A stretch of DNA of 64,000 nt from an uncultured Rhodothermaceae bacterium (GTDB lineage Bacteria > Bacteroidota > Rhodothermia > Rhodothermales > JAHQVL01): the NCBI GenBank assembly GCA_964525535.1, contig CAZGHT010000012.1, positions 3,040 through 67,039 of the forward strand, given 5' to 3'. Made by a program: the position numbers and the translations under genes. Each line of letters opens with the position of its first letter. Positions within the stretch are counted from its first letter, which is position 1. Positions 20,801-30,800 of this stretch are shown in pieces. Under the pieces are notes generated by a model. That model saw nothing but the letters and a program-made list of their open reading frames with translations, searched no databases and was not told the origin of the DNA.

Positions 20801-22034
20801 CGGCCCACAGAGCGCTGGGGTTGTGCCGGCTGTTCCGATTCTGTGTTCTGCGCACCCATGCAGTGCTAAGGCCATGGATGAACCGGAAACACCAGATCGA
20901 GAACAGCAGCATGAACAGGGCGGATATGAACATGTCGCCGATAGAACGGAACAACCCCCATCCGAAATCGGAGGCAAAGTGGGAAGGATCGAACAGCGGG
21001 GAGAGGGGGGCCTTGCCTCGCTGCCAGCGTGCCGGCACCTCCAGATACAAAAGCCCGAATCTCATCCCCCACCAGGCCAACGCAAACAGTACAAAGTAGA
21101 CGATATTCCGAACGAGCGCCTGCATCGCGTTATCCGAATCCTTCACGTGAAACGAGGCCGGCAATCCCTGCATCAGCAGGACGATCGCTCCCAGAAACAG
21201 GATCGCAATCAGCAGGGTCTGCAAATCCGTGTACCGATCGGTCACCGCCATCCTCAACGCTTCTTCGGAGGGGTACGCGATATAGACGTATCCCTGGGTT
21301 TCTCCGCTGGGGTCGACGAGATGGCGCACAATGCCCCGATCTTCCGGCAGGTCCGGCGCTTCGATGCCGGCGCCGAGCCCTACGCTCACCGGGAGCTGGG
21401 TCAATCTCCGCCAGCTATCTGACAGGCTGTTGCTCTTCAAATACTGATTCTCGACGGGCATCTGAACGCCAACGAGCTGCATCGCCCGTACCGAGCCTAT
21501 CACGCGATTGTCGTACACGACCGGATGCCAGCTTACGAGAGCTTCCCAGATGCCGCGGTCCACGATCGCTTCGAACCTCACATCGTAGGGAAACGACGAA
21601 CTCGCGGGCGCCTCTCCTATCGGCATGCTGAACCCTTTCCAGGCGATAAGCCGCGGAGCGACGGTATAGAGCTCAATCGACTCCCCGTCGTCGATCTGGA
21701 TCTCGGAGAACAGGGCGATGAGCTCCCTTTCGCCGGCAGGATCTGCCGTGAATGTATACCTGCGCAGCGATTCGATGACCGCTTCGCTCTCAGCTACCTC
21801 GAGCGCCCTTCGATGGACGTCGTTGAAGGTACGCTCGAAATCCCGGTGGATACGTGAAAAGGCCTGTTCCGCAACCTGTTGTCGCTCTGCCTCGAGTCGA
21901 TCGTCGATCCGACCCAGGTGGGCGTGTTTGAATACAGAAACGCCCCCCAGAGCCATCAGCAACAACCCGAAAACGCCGAGCATCCATCTCGAAAAAAGCA
22001 TAGACCGGACGTTGTGAGGGAAAAGAGGCTTCAT
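17865..22034 (-). CDS. Large multi-membrane-spanning NtrY-like sensor histidine kinase (HAMP, HisKA, HATPase)
   Basis: H-box AWREMARQVAHEIKNPLTP, HAMP DEIGELVHTFNAM, N-box NLIKNA, DEGTGI, GTGLGL. Confidence 0.9.
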   Translation of the reverse strand: MKPLFPHNVRSMLFSRWMLGVFGLLLMALGGVSVFKHAHLGRIDDRLEAERQQVAEQAFSRIHRDFERTFNDVHRRALEVAESEAVIESLRRYTFTADPAGERELIALFSEIQIDDGESIELYTVAPRLIAWKGFSMPIGEAPASSSFPYDVRFEAIVDRGIWEALVSWHPVVYDNRVIGSVRAMQLVGVQMPVENQYLKSNSLSDSWRRLTQLPVSVGLGAGIEAPDLPEDRGIVRHLVDPSGETQGYVYIAYPSEEALRMAVTDRYTDLQTLLIAILFLGAIVLLMQGLPASFHVKDSDNAMQALVRNIVYFVLFALAWWGMRFGLLYLEVPARWQRGKAPLSPLFDPSHFASDFGWGLFRSIGDMFISALFMLLFSIWCFRFIHGLSTAWVRRTQNRNSRHNPSALWAALRVLLLAAASISLMVVLNHILGQLIFRSVIDSTLDYVNRSGLIPDRLVFFVFCTLNIFAVAVFVLNVSLAWFAVQQGRLYWPFVGPLYGLWASIGGLILLAGWLYGVTWQDPVYRAPALFVMVIVTACWMGSVFAARQPEKLPQWLHIRGVLLAILLLSVPLYGFLDRGMDAQLRSRMVEAANSFDSRQDPRVVFALEEILYDARDSGELAGSLGLPAGRERQEQVDELVGRLHRLSSLSSLVTHDVSIAVFDSSAARVSHFVQGDQDASEAFIDTAVRDEYLTLKSMFEESGTDSILVEILTGRFETERFQYGGIGPLVQSDTSGIVGWIVARAEPKALIHDESTLFPKVLLPQGVSQLQGNLSLAQFQGDVLVRSIGAEFGHYRMREDVYDQLRLQEELWNEEKRGDREYVTYYKRILVESSSVTSAPITSVTAVRTSKMNLFDHLYYLLRFIVAGICVGAPLYLIARLVWLKNGFWRRSRLRFKDRVLNAFLGVGVFAVGIVGMFGLRVITSENENAIESWIKAQLERVEEYLVLNAEFGELPSEVLSRMDVHELSEKVGLDLNVYEGMGLARTSRQQLVRDRLIDERLPSSAYYELFYQGSRHAFAPQKVGTFQYTAGYRVLPDRNGEPRYIISVPTLPEQERIEEERARTVAYLFGALLLLVIAVMLTASLLANALARPIGRLREGLEAVARGRFERPLPVDTRDEIGELVHTFNAMQEQLADSRRQLAQQERQLAWREMARQVAHEIKNPLTPMKLSVQHLRRAFAGVNGGKDPSGDGKSERFNHLFDRITSTLIEQVDALARIANEFSSFARMPKRLLEPLDLNGVLNEAVDLMQEQVHNEIQIDVSDEPLILLADKEELRRIYINLIKNAIEATSQKKNVRIKVSSSLEQGKHGHTKWAYSTVEDEGTGISRDVVDRIFEPNFSSKTSGTGLGLAIVKKSVEELNGEIGFQTEEHQGTTFWIRLPLIED

Positions 22035-22070
22035 AGGTAGGGCGGGGCGAGTCGATCATACGCCCGGAAA

Positions 22071-22481
22071 TCATCGTTCGGTCGCAACGATCCGGATGTT
22101 CTTGATCTCATAGCGCCCTCTATATTTGTGAATGCGGATTTCCATCCGATAGAAGGCATTACCTGAATAATTCATATAGTTGCCATACAAATACCAGTCA
22201 TCGCCAACGTGCAGCTTCCGTTTGAACGAAAATGCGCCGGGCGGATACTCCTTGAAAAAGTCTTTCAAAATATAGGTAGCCTGCGACCGGCTGTATAACC
22301 GGCCGGCGCCGAACAGAGACACTTCGACATAGGCGCTGGACTGGCTGGCCAGTGCATTGGCGTTGCCCAGCGCGATGGCATCCCGAATCTTTGAAAGAAC
22401 ACGGTCCAGATCGTCCTGCATAGACGCCTGAGCCGGACTCAAGGAGGATAACAATAGGACCAGTACTAAATATCCTTTCAT
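22071..22481 (-). CDS. DUF4783-like exported protein
   Basis: Signal peptide; YSRSQATYILKDFFKEYPP resembles the family core. Confidence 0.7.
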   Translation of the reverse strand: MKGYLVLVLLLSSLSPAQASMQDDLDRVLSKIRDAIALGNANALASQSSAYVEVSLFGAGRLYSRSQATYILKDFFKEYPPGAFSFKRKLHVGDDWYLYGNYMNYSGNAFYRMEIRIHKYRGRYEIKNIRIVATER

Positions 22482-22803
22482 GATTTGTCGTCAGTTCCGT
22501 GTTCGACGAATCTCTTTCAAAAAGCGAACCGTGGTCGATTTCACTTCATTTCGTCCAAAATACGCAATTCTACCGCGGTACTCATCCCGGCGGTTGTCAT
22601 TTTTCCTGGACACTCAGCCTTATAGACTGTGCAATCTCCCCGGTTTCGCGCGTGATGCGCCGGCTTGTTGGGCCTTCCCGATCGATGCGGACATCTAAAG
22701 TATGCGAGGGTCTATCCGATATCTTCTCTGCCCTCCTTGAGGATATGTCACTCGCCTGGGAATCTTCATTGTACTCAAAACACGAAGGACCAACGTACAA
22801 TCC

Positions 22804-25575
22804 ATGACACATTTCCCTGTCTTTTCCAGATCCCTATTCTGCCTTGCTATGGTGGTTCTGCTGAGCCGGTGCGATATCCCGACAGAATCCCCGGACTTCA
22901 GCCTGACGACCAGCGTCAAGGCGCCGCTGATCTTAGATAAAACGTTTGTCTTGCTGGGGCCCGACGAGACGGGGCTGACGCCGTTGATCGACTCGACAGA
23001 CGCATCGTTCGACACGTTATTTTCGGTAGATCCGGGCAACAACCGGCTGCTCATCAACCAGGATCTCGACGATCTCGATATCGGAGACCTCGACGACCTG
23101 ATCAGCGAAGTCGCCCTCGATCCCATTTCTATCAGCGTCTCGATCGGATCGCTGGAAGAGCAAGAGTTCGAAACCGAAACGTTCGGTTCGGACATCGGCC
23201 TCTTCGTCACCGAAGAGGGCGCCCTGGGGCCGTTCCCCGTCATCCCTCCAGCCCCAACGTTCAATATCGGGGCTGTTCTGGTCCCTCCTACGGTCGATTT
23301 GATCAACCTGTCCGACGTGAGTGTCGAATCGGTTCGCTTATCGACTTCGACCGGGACTGTCAACCGGTTTGATTTCACGCTGGAGAACGGATTTTCGAGC
23401 GATGCGCTCGTCAGCAGCCAGGGCGGGGCGCCTGAGGTCATTCTGGAACGCCCGGATGGCGGTTCGACGATAGAGATTGCTCGGGCGAGCTTCAACGCGA
23501 GTCCTTCACCGGGTCAGCAGGCGACGGCCAGCATGGATGTATCGGAGAGCCTGCTCACCAACGACACCGTATACCGGCTCGATGTGACGACGGCCGACGG
23601 GGACGCCCCATTTGCAGCCGAGCCAGGAGCCGTGCAGATTACCACGATCGTCCGCCCGCTCGAATATGCCGAAACCGGCGTGACGGATGTGCCTGCTCAG
23701 TCCGACATCGACGCATCCGGCGATGCCCTGACCCTCGGCGGCGACACCGACTTTTCCGGAATCGTTGCTGCCGGCGGCACGGTCACCATCAGCATCGCCA
23801 ACAGCCTCCCCTTCGACGTGACGTTGACCGACCTCACCGTCAGAAATCTGGGCGATGTCGGCGAGGTTGCTGCACCGAGCGTCATGCTCGACCTGGACGA
23901 CTTGCCGGCAGGCACGAGCCGAACCATTCCTTCGGCCAGTGCCATCGATCTCGTGTTCCAGATGGAGGGCAAACTCATCGCGAGCGAAATCGAAGTCGAC
24001 GTACTCGCCTCCAGCCCCGGCACCTCTTCCAGCGCCGCACTCCGACAAGAGGATGGACTCTTCACCTCGGTCGTCGGGACCGTCGTCGTAGACGAGCTGT
24101 TCTTCGTTCCTGAGGCTGAAGAATTCACCTCGGACGGCCTCCTGGCGATCGACGTCGACGACGTCAGCTTTGAAAGCGGGCAGGAGTACGTACAGTTGGA
24201 AGCCGGCACGCTGATGATCGAAGAGATTACCAACGAGATGGAGATGGACATGGACCTGCTCCAGTTTACGCTGCCGGGATTCCGGATGCCTCCGTACTCC
24301 GAAGCCGATTCCATGGTCATCCAGTTCCGCGGAACGACGGAAAATCCCGCCAACATGCAGTTTACCCGGTTATCGGGCAGGACGACCCTCCGGAATATCG
24401 CGGTCGACCTGGCGGGGGTCCGTATTTATCCGGTCGACAACGAAGCGAACTACAACGTCTTCGCGGTCAGTGAAGCCGGTGAGCCGACCGCATTAAATAC
24501 CGACGACCAGATTCTCGCTTCGATCGCCCCGCAGAATCTGCAGATCTCACGTGTTGAAGCCATCATGGAAGCGAGCACCATAGACCTTACGGATGACGTC
24601 GACAGCGATGGGCGCCTGGAAGTCATGAACGACCAGGAGGCGGAGATCATGGACCTCGGCAGCCTGAGCGAGCTCAACGAATACGACCTCGAAGGCTTCG
24701 AGTTCAACGGGTCGCAGTTCACCTTCTCTATAGATACCAATCTCGGAGCGGACATCGTTTTTTACGCAGCCATGGTTGGATTGGACAGCGAGGGCGCCCC
24801 CACTTATCTGCGGGGCGAGGGACCTTTTGCCGTGACTGCCGGCGACACCATCGCTCAGAACTTCATCTACAACGGCGTCGCCATTGCGCCCGAGAACCTG
24901 ATCAAATTCACCATTCCCGGCTCCCCCTCCCCCGACGAGGTCGTCACCCAGGTCGTCGAGATCAACCACACCAACTCGAATCTCGATGCCTTTATAAGCG
25001 CTCTGCCGGATGAGTTCAGGTACGTCGGCAAGGGGCTCGTCCAGGGCATGAATGGCCGCCTCGTGCGCCTCCAGAAGCCGTTCACGATGGAAGCATCCAT
25101 CGGCGCCGGCATCCCGCTGAGTTTTACGGGCTCTTTTAATGCCGACGAGACCTTCGACGCCGACCTCACCAGCCTGGAAGACCTGACCGACCCGGAGGCC
25201 GACGTAGTGCTCAACCAGGGAGGCCTGGAGCTCGAGTATACCAACGGGTTGCCCGTCAGCGTCAACCTGACTATCGACATCCTGGATGCAGGCGGTCAGA
25301 TCATCCTCTCGCTCCCTGATTCGGCGGCCGCCCCGTACACCCTGGATGCGGCCCCGGTCGACGAAGCCGGCCTGAGCACAGGGACAACGCCAGGAACGCT
25401 CGACATCGCCGTCACCGAAGAGCAATTGCGCACCCTGAGCAGAGGCGAAGAGGCACGCGTTCGCTTCGAGGTCAACACGAATCAGCAAAACCCGGCAACC
25501 CTTCGTGCTACCGACACCATACAAATCCGCCTTCTGGGTAATTTCGATCTGACCGTGCAGGTGCGGGATGAATAA
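22804..25575 (+). CDS. Large acidic hypothetical lipoprotein with repeated beta-rich domains
   Basis: 923-aa ORF; hydrophobic signal ending LLSRC-DIP; very Asp/Glu-rich; about five recurring strand-N-x-(L/M/F) motifs. Confidence 0.75.
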   Translation: MTHFPVFSRSLFCLAMVVLLSRCDIPTESPDFSLTTSVKAPLILDKTFVLLGPDETGLTPLIDSTDASFDTLFSVDPGNNRLLINQDLDDLDIGDLDDLISEVALDPISISVSIGSLEEQEFETETFGSDIGLFVTEEGALGPFPVIPPAPTFNIGAVLVPPTVDLINLSDVSVESVRLSTSTGTVNRFDFTLENGFSSDALVSSQGGAPEVILERPDGGSTIEIARASFNASPSPGQQATASMDVSESLLTNDTVYRLDVTTADGDAPFAAEPGAVQITTIVRPLEYAETGVTDVPAQSDIDASGDALTLGGDTDFSGIVAAGGTVTISIANSLPFDVTLTDLTVRNLGDVGEVAAPSVMLDLDDLPAGTSRTIPSASAIDLVFQMEGKLIASEIEVDVLASSPGTSSSAALRQEDGLFTSVVGTVVVDELFFVPEAEEFTSDGLLAIDVDDVSFESGQEYVQLEAGTLMIEEITNEMEMDMDLLQFTLPGFRMPPYSEADSMVIQFRGTTENPANMQFTRLSGRTTLRNIAVDLAGVRIYPVDNEANYNVFAVSEAGEPTALNTDDQILASIAPQNLQISRVEAIMEASTIDLTDDVDSDGRLEVMNDQEAEIMDLGSLSELNEYDLEGFEFNGSQFTFSIDTNLGADIVFYAAMVGLDSEGAPTYLRGEGPFAVTAGDTIAQNFIYNGVAIAPENLIKFTIPGSPSPDEVVTQVVEINHTNSNLDAFISALPDEFRYVGKGLVQGMNGRLVRLQKPFTMEASIGAGIPLSFTGSFNADETFDADLTSLEDLTDPEADVVLNQGGLELEYTNGLPVSVNLTIDILDAGGQIILSLPDSAAAPYTLDAAPVDEAGLSTGTTPGTLDIAVTEEQLRTLSRGEEARVRFEVNTNQQNPATLRATDTIQIRLLGNFDLTVQVRDE

Positions 25576-25644
25576 ACGATCGCGGCCGATGCAGGCTGTA
25601 CGGCCCGATATCCTACGACTTTATTAGCTCAACCCTAACCCCCG

Positions 25645-27111
25645 ATGAAACAGATACTGAACCGCTTCATTTTGTCTTTCGTTCTTTTTGCCTCTCTGGC
25701 GGACTTCCATCCGGCGACCGCTCAGATCGATACACGCGGCGTATCCATGATGAGCACGGCCGGCGGCGGTCCCTCGTACGTCAGGGACACGGATGCGTTG
25801 TTCTTCAACCCGGCCAACCTGTGGCTGGACGAACGCGGTTCGCGATTCGTGATGTCGCTGGGGGGTATTCAGGCCTATGGGGGTGGGAGCCTTCTGCAGT
25901 TCTCTCACTACACGAATTCGTTCACTCAGGGCGACAACCTGACCTCCGACGAGATGCGCTCGATCCTCGACGACTGGATGGGCGCGGTGGATAAAGGATA
26001 TATCCGCAACGTGGGCCTTACGGCCGAGGTGGTCCCCCTGGCCGCTGTCTTCCGGGGGTACCGCTGGGGGGCCGGCCTCGCGGTCCGAACACGCGCTTAT
26101 TCGAATGCAGGATTCAGCCGGGGGTTGTTCGATCTCCTGCTCGTCGGCACAGACCAGGAGGGGTCGTTTCCCGTCAACGTCGATATGCGTTCCGCAGTGA
26201 CGACCGAGATCTCAATAGGGTACAGCCACTTCTTCCCCGAGTATCGCCTCTCCGTGGGCATAGCCCCTAAATACATTCTCGGCCTCAATTATGCCCGCAC
26301 GACGATGGATTCACGCGTCGAGTTGAACAACGGGGCCATCACACACGAGTTCGACTATCTCATCCAGGCGGCCGGGCAGTTCAACAAAGACATCGGCGAT
26401 GCCATCAACCTGTTCGAGTCGACGGGCTTTCTGGTAGATGCTGCTCCTTCCGAGTTCGACAATCCGTTCTCTGCGGTGTCCGGTGGAGGGTTCGGCTTCG
26501 ACGTGGGCGCTACGTACGAATTCCGAAAAAACGTCTTGTTGTCCGCCAGCTTCACGGATATTGGCTACGTGCGCTGGACCAGAAACGCGGACGCGGTCAC
26601 GTCGTCGGGCAGTGCACTCGAGTTCGACGGCCTGGATCTCGATCTCGATCGGGTCGACGAAGAATTTGACGGCGACTTCGGGGCGTACATAGAGGATTAT
26701 TTCGAGACGCTCCTCGATGATTCGTACGATGAAGTGGACCGCAAGAAGGGGAGCTTCACGACGTACTTGCCCGCTGCTTTTCACGCGGGAGGAACCTGGC
26801 ATGCCATGAAAGGGCTATTCGTCCTGAATGCCGGCACCTCTATAGGGCTCACTACATCCGCGGGCAACCTGTCCCGCCGGCCGTCGCTATACCTGGGGGG
26901 CGAGTATCACCCGGGCCGGCGGTTCTCTTTCCCGATCCGCACAGGGATCCGTATCGGAGGCGGCGGCGCGCTCACGATGGGCTTCGGGTTCGGCATTCAA
27001 ACGCCGGTGTACGACTTCAGCGTCGGTCTTGCCGGCACACCGAAGTCGACCCTGCTGGGCGGCGGAGCTCGATACATGGTCGGTGTATCAGCGCTGACGT
27101 TCCGAATTTGA
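25645..27111 (+). CDS. DUF5723-like outer-membrane beta-barrel protein
   Basis: Signal peptide; ALFFNPANL, GFGFDVGATY, SASFTDIGYVRW; amphipathic C-terminal strand LTFRI. Confidence 0.75.
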   Translation: MKQILNRFILSFVLFASLADFHPATAQIDTRGVSMMSTAGGGPSYVRDTDALFFNPANLWLDERGSRFVMSLGGIQAYGGGSLLQFSHYTNSFTQGDNLTSDEMRSILDDWMGAVDKGYIRNVGLTAEVVPLAAVFRGYRWGAGLAVRTRAYSNAGFSRGLFDLLLVGTDQEGSFPVNVDMRSAVTTEISIGYSHFFPEYRLSVGIAPKYILGLNYARTTMDSRVELNNGAITHEFDYLIQAAGQFNKDIGDAINLFESTGFLVDAAPSEFDNPFSAVSGGGFGFDVGATYEFRKNVLLSASFTDIGYVRWTRNADAVTSSGSALEFDGLDLDLDRVDEEFDGDFGAYIEDYFETLLDDSYDEVDRKKGSFTTYLPAAFHAGGTWHAMKGLFVLNAGTSIGLTTSAGNLSRRPSLYLGGEYHPGRRFSFPIRTGIRIGGGGALTMGFGFGIQTPVYDFSVGLAGTPKSTLLGGGARYMVGVSALTFRI

Positions 27112-27164
27112 GCGATGCTGCCGGTGGAGATGTCGAACCCGTCCATGCCGGCCTCGGAACTGAC

Positions 27165-29621
27165 TCACGCCAGAAAGGCATACGTAACCCCGGGGCCGCC
27201 CTCGTTGTAGGGAGCCTCTTCGAACTGCCCGATCTCAGGGAGGCGCTCCAGGTATTCGTGAATCGCATTCCTCAGGGCGCCCGTCCCTTTTCCGTGAACA
27301 ATTTCGACACGGGCTATATTCGCCGCCACAGCATCGTCCACGAAGCGGGCTACGTCGGCAAGCGCTTCGTCCACCCGTTTGCCGCGAAGATCGATGCGAT
27401 TGCTGGCCTTTAATGCGGTAAGTCCGTCTTTATGAGCCGCTTTGACTTGCCCTACGATGACCTTCTGTTTCTTCGGGCCGGCTACTTTCGTCAACCGGTC
27501 GACGTCCACCCGCATATGCATCGATCCGGCCATGATGACGGCCTCTTTACCGGAGAGTTCGAGCAATTCGGCAGGGGTCGATCCGCTATCGAGGATAACC
27601 TGATCTCCCACCCGTAAGGCCTCAGTCGATGGAGCCGGTTGCGAAGCGCTCTTTCTGCTGCTCCCCCGCTTCGAACGTCGCGCTTTGCGAGACGTCGTTC
27701 GCTTTTTCTCGTCACTCAGTTTTTCTTTGAAGCGCTCGAGTTCCGTTCTCACCTGCCGGGTAGGCTCTTTCGCGGCCTGGCTTTCTTTTATCTCACGTAT
27801 CGTGCGCTCGATGCGGGCATTGGCCTCCTGAACGACAGACTCGGCTTCTTCCAGCGCTTTCTCTTTTATCTCGTTCTTTTGTTCTTCGAGTTCATCGCGC
27901 AACGTCTCGTACTGCTGCCGCTGCACCGAGGCCTCCTCCAACGTCTGCTCGGCCTCCTGGAGGCGGGTATAGAGCGCCTGATTCCGGGATTCGAGGCTGA
28001 GGATCAGATCCTCCAACCGCGCCGCCTGGTTGCCGATGAGGGCGCGAGACCGTCCCAGCAGCTCGGCATCGAGCCCCATCCGAGAGGCGATCTCGAAGGC
28101 ATAGGACGAACCCGGAACGCCCATCCTCAGCCGGTAGGTCGGGCGGAGTGTAGCCTGATCGAATTCCATAGACCCATTCTCGATGCCGTCCGCCTGATGA
28201 GCGAACACCTTCAGAGAGCCGTGGTGCGTGGTAGCCACCGTGCGGACGTGCCGGCTCGTCAGTCGCTCGAACACCGCCTGGGCGAGCGCGGCCCCTTCGG
28301 CTGGATCGGTCCCCGTGCCGGCTTCGTCGATCAATACGAGGGTGCGCTCGTCGGCCCGGTCCAGCATATACCGCAGGTTGGCGACGTGCGAACTGAAGGT
28401 AGAAAGGTCATTCTCTATGGATTGTTCGTCGCCTATGTCGAGAATGAGCCGTTCGAAGACGCTGAATTCGGTCTTTTCGTCGGCCGGCAGGGGTATGCCG
28501 TACGCGAGCATCAGGGCAAACAGGCCTACGGTTTTCATCGCAACGGTTTTACCGCCGGCGTTGGGGCCGGTCAGGATGAGCGTAGATACCGTTTCTCCCA
28601 GAGACAGATCGAGGGGAGTCACCGTTCGCGGGTTTGCTTCCGGCGCCCCCCCGGTTTTGTTTTGCGCGTCGAAGTGCAGCAGTAATGCAGGATTTCGCCC
28701 TTTGACGATGCGAATGACGCCATTCTCATTCACTCGGACGGCATGAGCATTCAGTTCGTTGGCCAGCCTTGCCTTCGCTTGCAGCACATCCAGCCGGCCG
28801 TAGACGAGGGCTCCCTGCCGGATGCTGTCCACGTGACTGCGCAGCTGGTCAGCGACTTCGATGAGGATGCGCCTGATTTCGTGGTGCTCCTCGGCCTCGA
28901 TGGCGCGCACCTCGTTATTAAGGTCCAGGCAGCTGGCCGGCTCGATATAGACGGTCTGCCCGGTCGAAGACACATCGTGGACAAATCCGCTGACTTTGCG
29001 CTTCGCCTCGGCCCGGACCGGTATGACCATGCGCCCGCTCCGCACTGTAGGTTGCGCCTCGGTCGTATAGCCCTGGCTGACTGACTTTTGCAGCTCTCGC
29101 ATCAACGACTCGCGCAATCGCTGCTGCGTGGCCACCATCTTGCGCCGGATTCTCTTCAACTCCGGGGAGGCGCTGTCCTTCATCCGTCCGTCGACGTCAA
29201 CAACCTCGGCGATTCGTTTTTCGAGGTGCGGGAAAGCGACCAGCTGATCGGTGAGTTCCTTCAGAACCGGATACTGATCCTGGCGGGCGCTAAAATAATC
29301 CCGGACCCGGCGCAGCACTTCCAGCAGGCGAGCCACGTCCAGCAGCGTCTCAAGTTCAGCGGACGCCCCCGACGGGGCAATGTGCCTGAACACCGCGCTG
29401 ACGTCCTCGACAGGCTGGAAAGGCGCCGGATCATCGAAGGTATATACTTCCTGGAGCGCGACCACCCGCTGCAATTCCTGCCGAATCCACTGGATATCCG
29501 AAGAGGGGGTCTGTTGCTCGAAGCATTGCCGGCCCATGGGGCTCAGCATGAACCGCCCGATTCGATGCTTCAATGCATCGAACCCTACTTTCTCTTCAGT
29601 ATTGGGTGGATAGAGCGTCAT
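27165..29621 (-). CDS. mutS2: Endonuclease MutS2 with C-terminal Smr domain
   Basis: Walker A TGPNAGGKT, DIGDEQSIENDLSTFS, DEAGTGTDP, Smr IDLRG...HGKGTGAL; ATG 29621 preceded by GGGAGG. Confidence 0.94.
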   Translation of the reverse strand: MTLYPPNTEEKVGFDALKHRIGRFMLSPMGRQCFEQQTPSSDIQWIRQELQRVVALQEVYTFDDPAPFQPVEDVSAVFRHIAPSGASAELETLLDVARLLEVLRRVRDYFSARQDQYPVLKELTDQLVAFPHLEKRIAEVVDVDGRMKDSASPELKRIRRKMVATQQRLRESLMRELQKSVSQGYTTEAQPTVRSGRMVIPVRAEAKRKVSGFVHDVSSTGQTVYIEPASCLDLNNEVRAIEAEEHHEIRRILIEVADQLRSHVDSIRQGALVYGRLDVLQAKARLANELNAHAVRVNENGVIRIVKGRNPALLLHFDAQNKTGGAPEANPRTVTPLDLSLGETVSTLILTGPNAGGKTVAMKTVGLFALMLAYGIPLPADEKTEFSVFERLILDIGDEQSIENDLSTFSSHVANLRYMLDRADERTLVLIDEAGTGTDPAEGAALAQAVFERLTSRHVRTVATTHHGSLKVFAHQADGIENGSMEFDQATLRPTYRLRMGVPGSSYAFEIASRMGLDAELLGRSRALIGNQAARLEDLILSLESRNQALYTRLQEAEQTLEEASVQRQQYETLRDELEEQKNEIKEKALEEAESVVQEANARIERTIREIKESQAAKEPTRQVRTELERFKEKLSDEKKRTTSRKARRSKRGSSRKSASQPAPSTEALRVGDQVILDSGSTPAELLELSGKEAVIMAGSMHMRVDVDRLTKVAGPKKQKVIVGQVKAAHKDGLTALKASNRIDLRGKRVDEALADVARFVDDAVAANIARVEIVHGKGTGALRNAIHEYLERLPEIGQFEEAPYNEGGPGVTYAFLA

Positions 29622-29652
29622 AACCTCCCCTGAGGCGTCATCGATATTCTCG

Positions 29653-30654
29653 TCAATATTCGAGGTAGGCGTGGTCGCCGACATTTATATGCCTTGGCGT
29701 ATCCTTCACGCGTGCAAACTGGCCGATGAGCGAGTTTTCCAGGATGGCATTTTCCACATGGGCATTTGCAAAGACGATACTGTCTCGAATGATGGATCCA
29801 TTCACTTCAGCGCCTTCTTCGATGGAGACGTACGGACCGACCACGGCGTTGGTCACCTTGGCGCCCGGGCCTATATATACCGGATTCTGGATCAGGCTGT
29901 TGGTTATCTCTCCATGGCGCAGATCCCCCACTTCCTTGGATAAAATAACTTTGGTTGTTTCCATCAATGCACTGATGGTGCCGCAATCCAGCCATTCGGA
30001 CACGGTGGCCGTCTTGAACACCAGATTCGCCTTCAACATCTGGTCGAAAGCATCCGTGAGATAGTATTCGCCCGTCGGCCCCTTCTTATCCTGCTCGATC
30101 ATAACGGCGATCTCTTTCTTGAGATTCTGTAATTCTCGAATATAGTATATTCCAATCAACGCTTCATTCGAAATGAGCTCCTTCGGTTTTTCGACGAATG
30201 CCGTTATGCGTTCTCCTTCCCGCACGGCTACGCCGAATCGACTCGGGTCTTCGACGAACTTGACCCAGGCGACCACATCGGCCCCTTCGAGCTTTGCCGT
30301 GGTTTCCATGTCGAAAAGCGTATCGGCAAACACAACGATCCCTTCTCCGTCCAGATAGTCTTTGGCGGCATACACGGCGTGCGCCGTGCCCAGCGGCCTC
30401 TGCTGCACGCAGAAATGGGCCTCCATCCCTCTCGAGTCGCAGATGCTTCGTAATTGATCCCGGATACCTTCCCCGAAATCGGGCCCGAGGATAAATACAT
30501 TGGTGGTTGGTTTTCTGGGCAACACACGTACAAAAGTGTCCACTATTCGCTCCACCATGGTTCTGCCTTTGACTGCCAGCAACGGCTTAGGAGTAACATG
30601 AGAGTGTGGGCGTACGCGAGTACCCCGCCCTGCCATCGGTATGATTAGCTTCAT
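29653..30654 (-). CDS. Sugar-phosphate nucleotidyltransferase with C-terminal left-handed beta-helix
   Basis: IPMAGRGTRVRPHS..PKPLL, QQRPLGTAHA, FVEKP, WLDCG; hexapeptide-like tail. Confidence 0.85.
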   Translation of the reverse strand: MKLIIPMAGRGTRVRPHSHVTPKPLLAVKGRTMVERIVDTFVRVLPRKPTTNVFILGPDFGEGIRDQLRSICDSRGMEAHFCVQQRPLGTAHAVYAAKDYLDGEGIVVFADTLFDMETTAKLEGADVVAWVKFVEDPSRFGVAVREGERITAFVEKPKELISNEALIGIYYIRELQNLKKEIAVMIEQDKKGPTGEYYLTDAFDQMLKANLVFKTATVSEWLDCGTISALMETTKVILSKEVGDLRHGEITNSLIQNPVYIGPGAKVTNAVVGPYVSIEEGAEVNGSIIRDSIVFANAHVENAILENSLIGQFARVKDTPRHINVGDHAYLEY

Positions 30655-30800
30655 AATATAAAGGTAAAGAAAATGTAAGGTTAGATACGTTGATAGAAGA
30701 TCTGGGAGATAGAAGATTCGTTATACTAGCCCCGCTTATTTCGGCTTCATCACATACAGTTGAAGCGCCGTACGAAAATGTTAATTATTCGTATGAAAAT

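Noticed and set aside
29622-29684. N-terminal extension of mutS2 overlapping the nucleotidyltransferase
   Set aside because: ATG 29621 has a GGGAGG RBS and removes the overlap.
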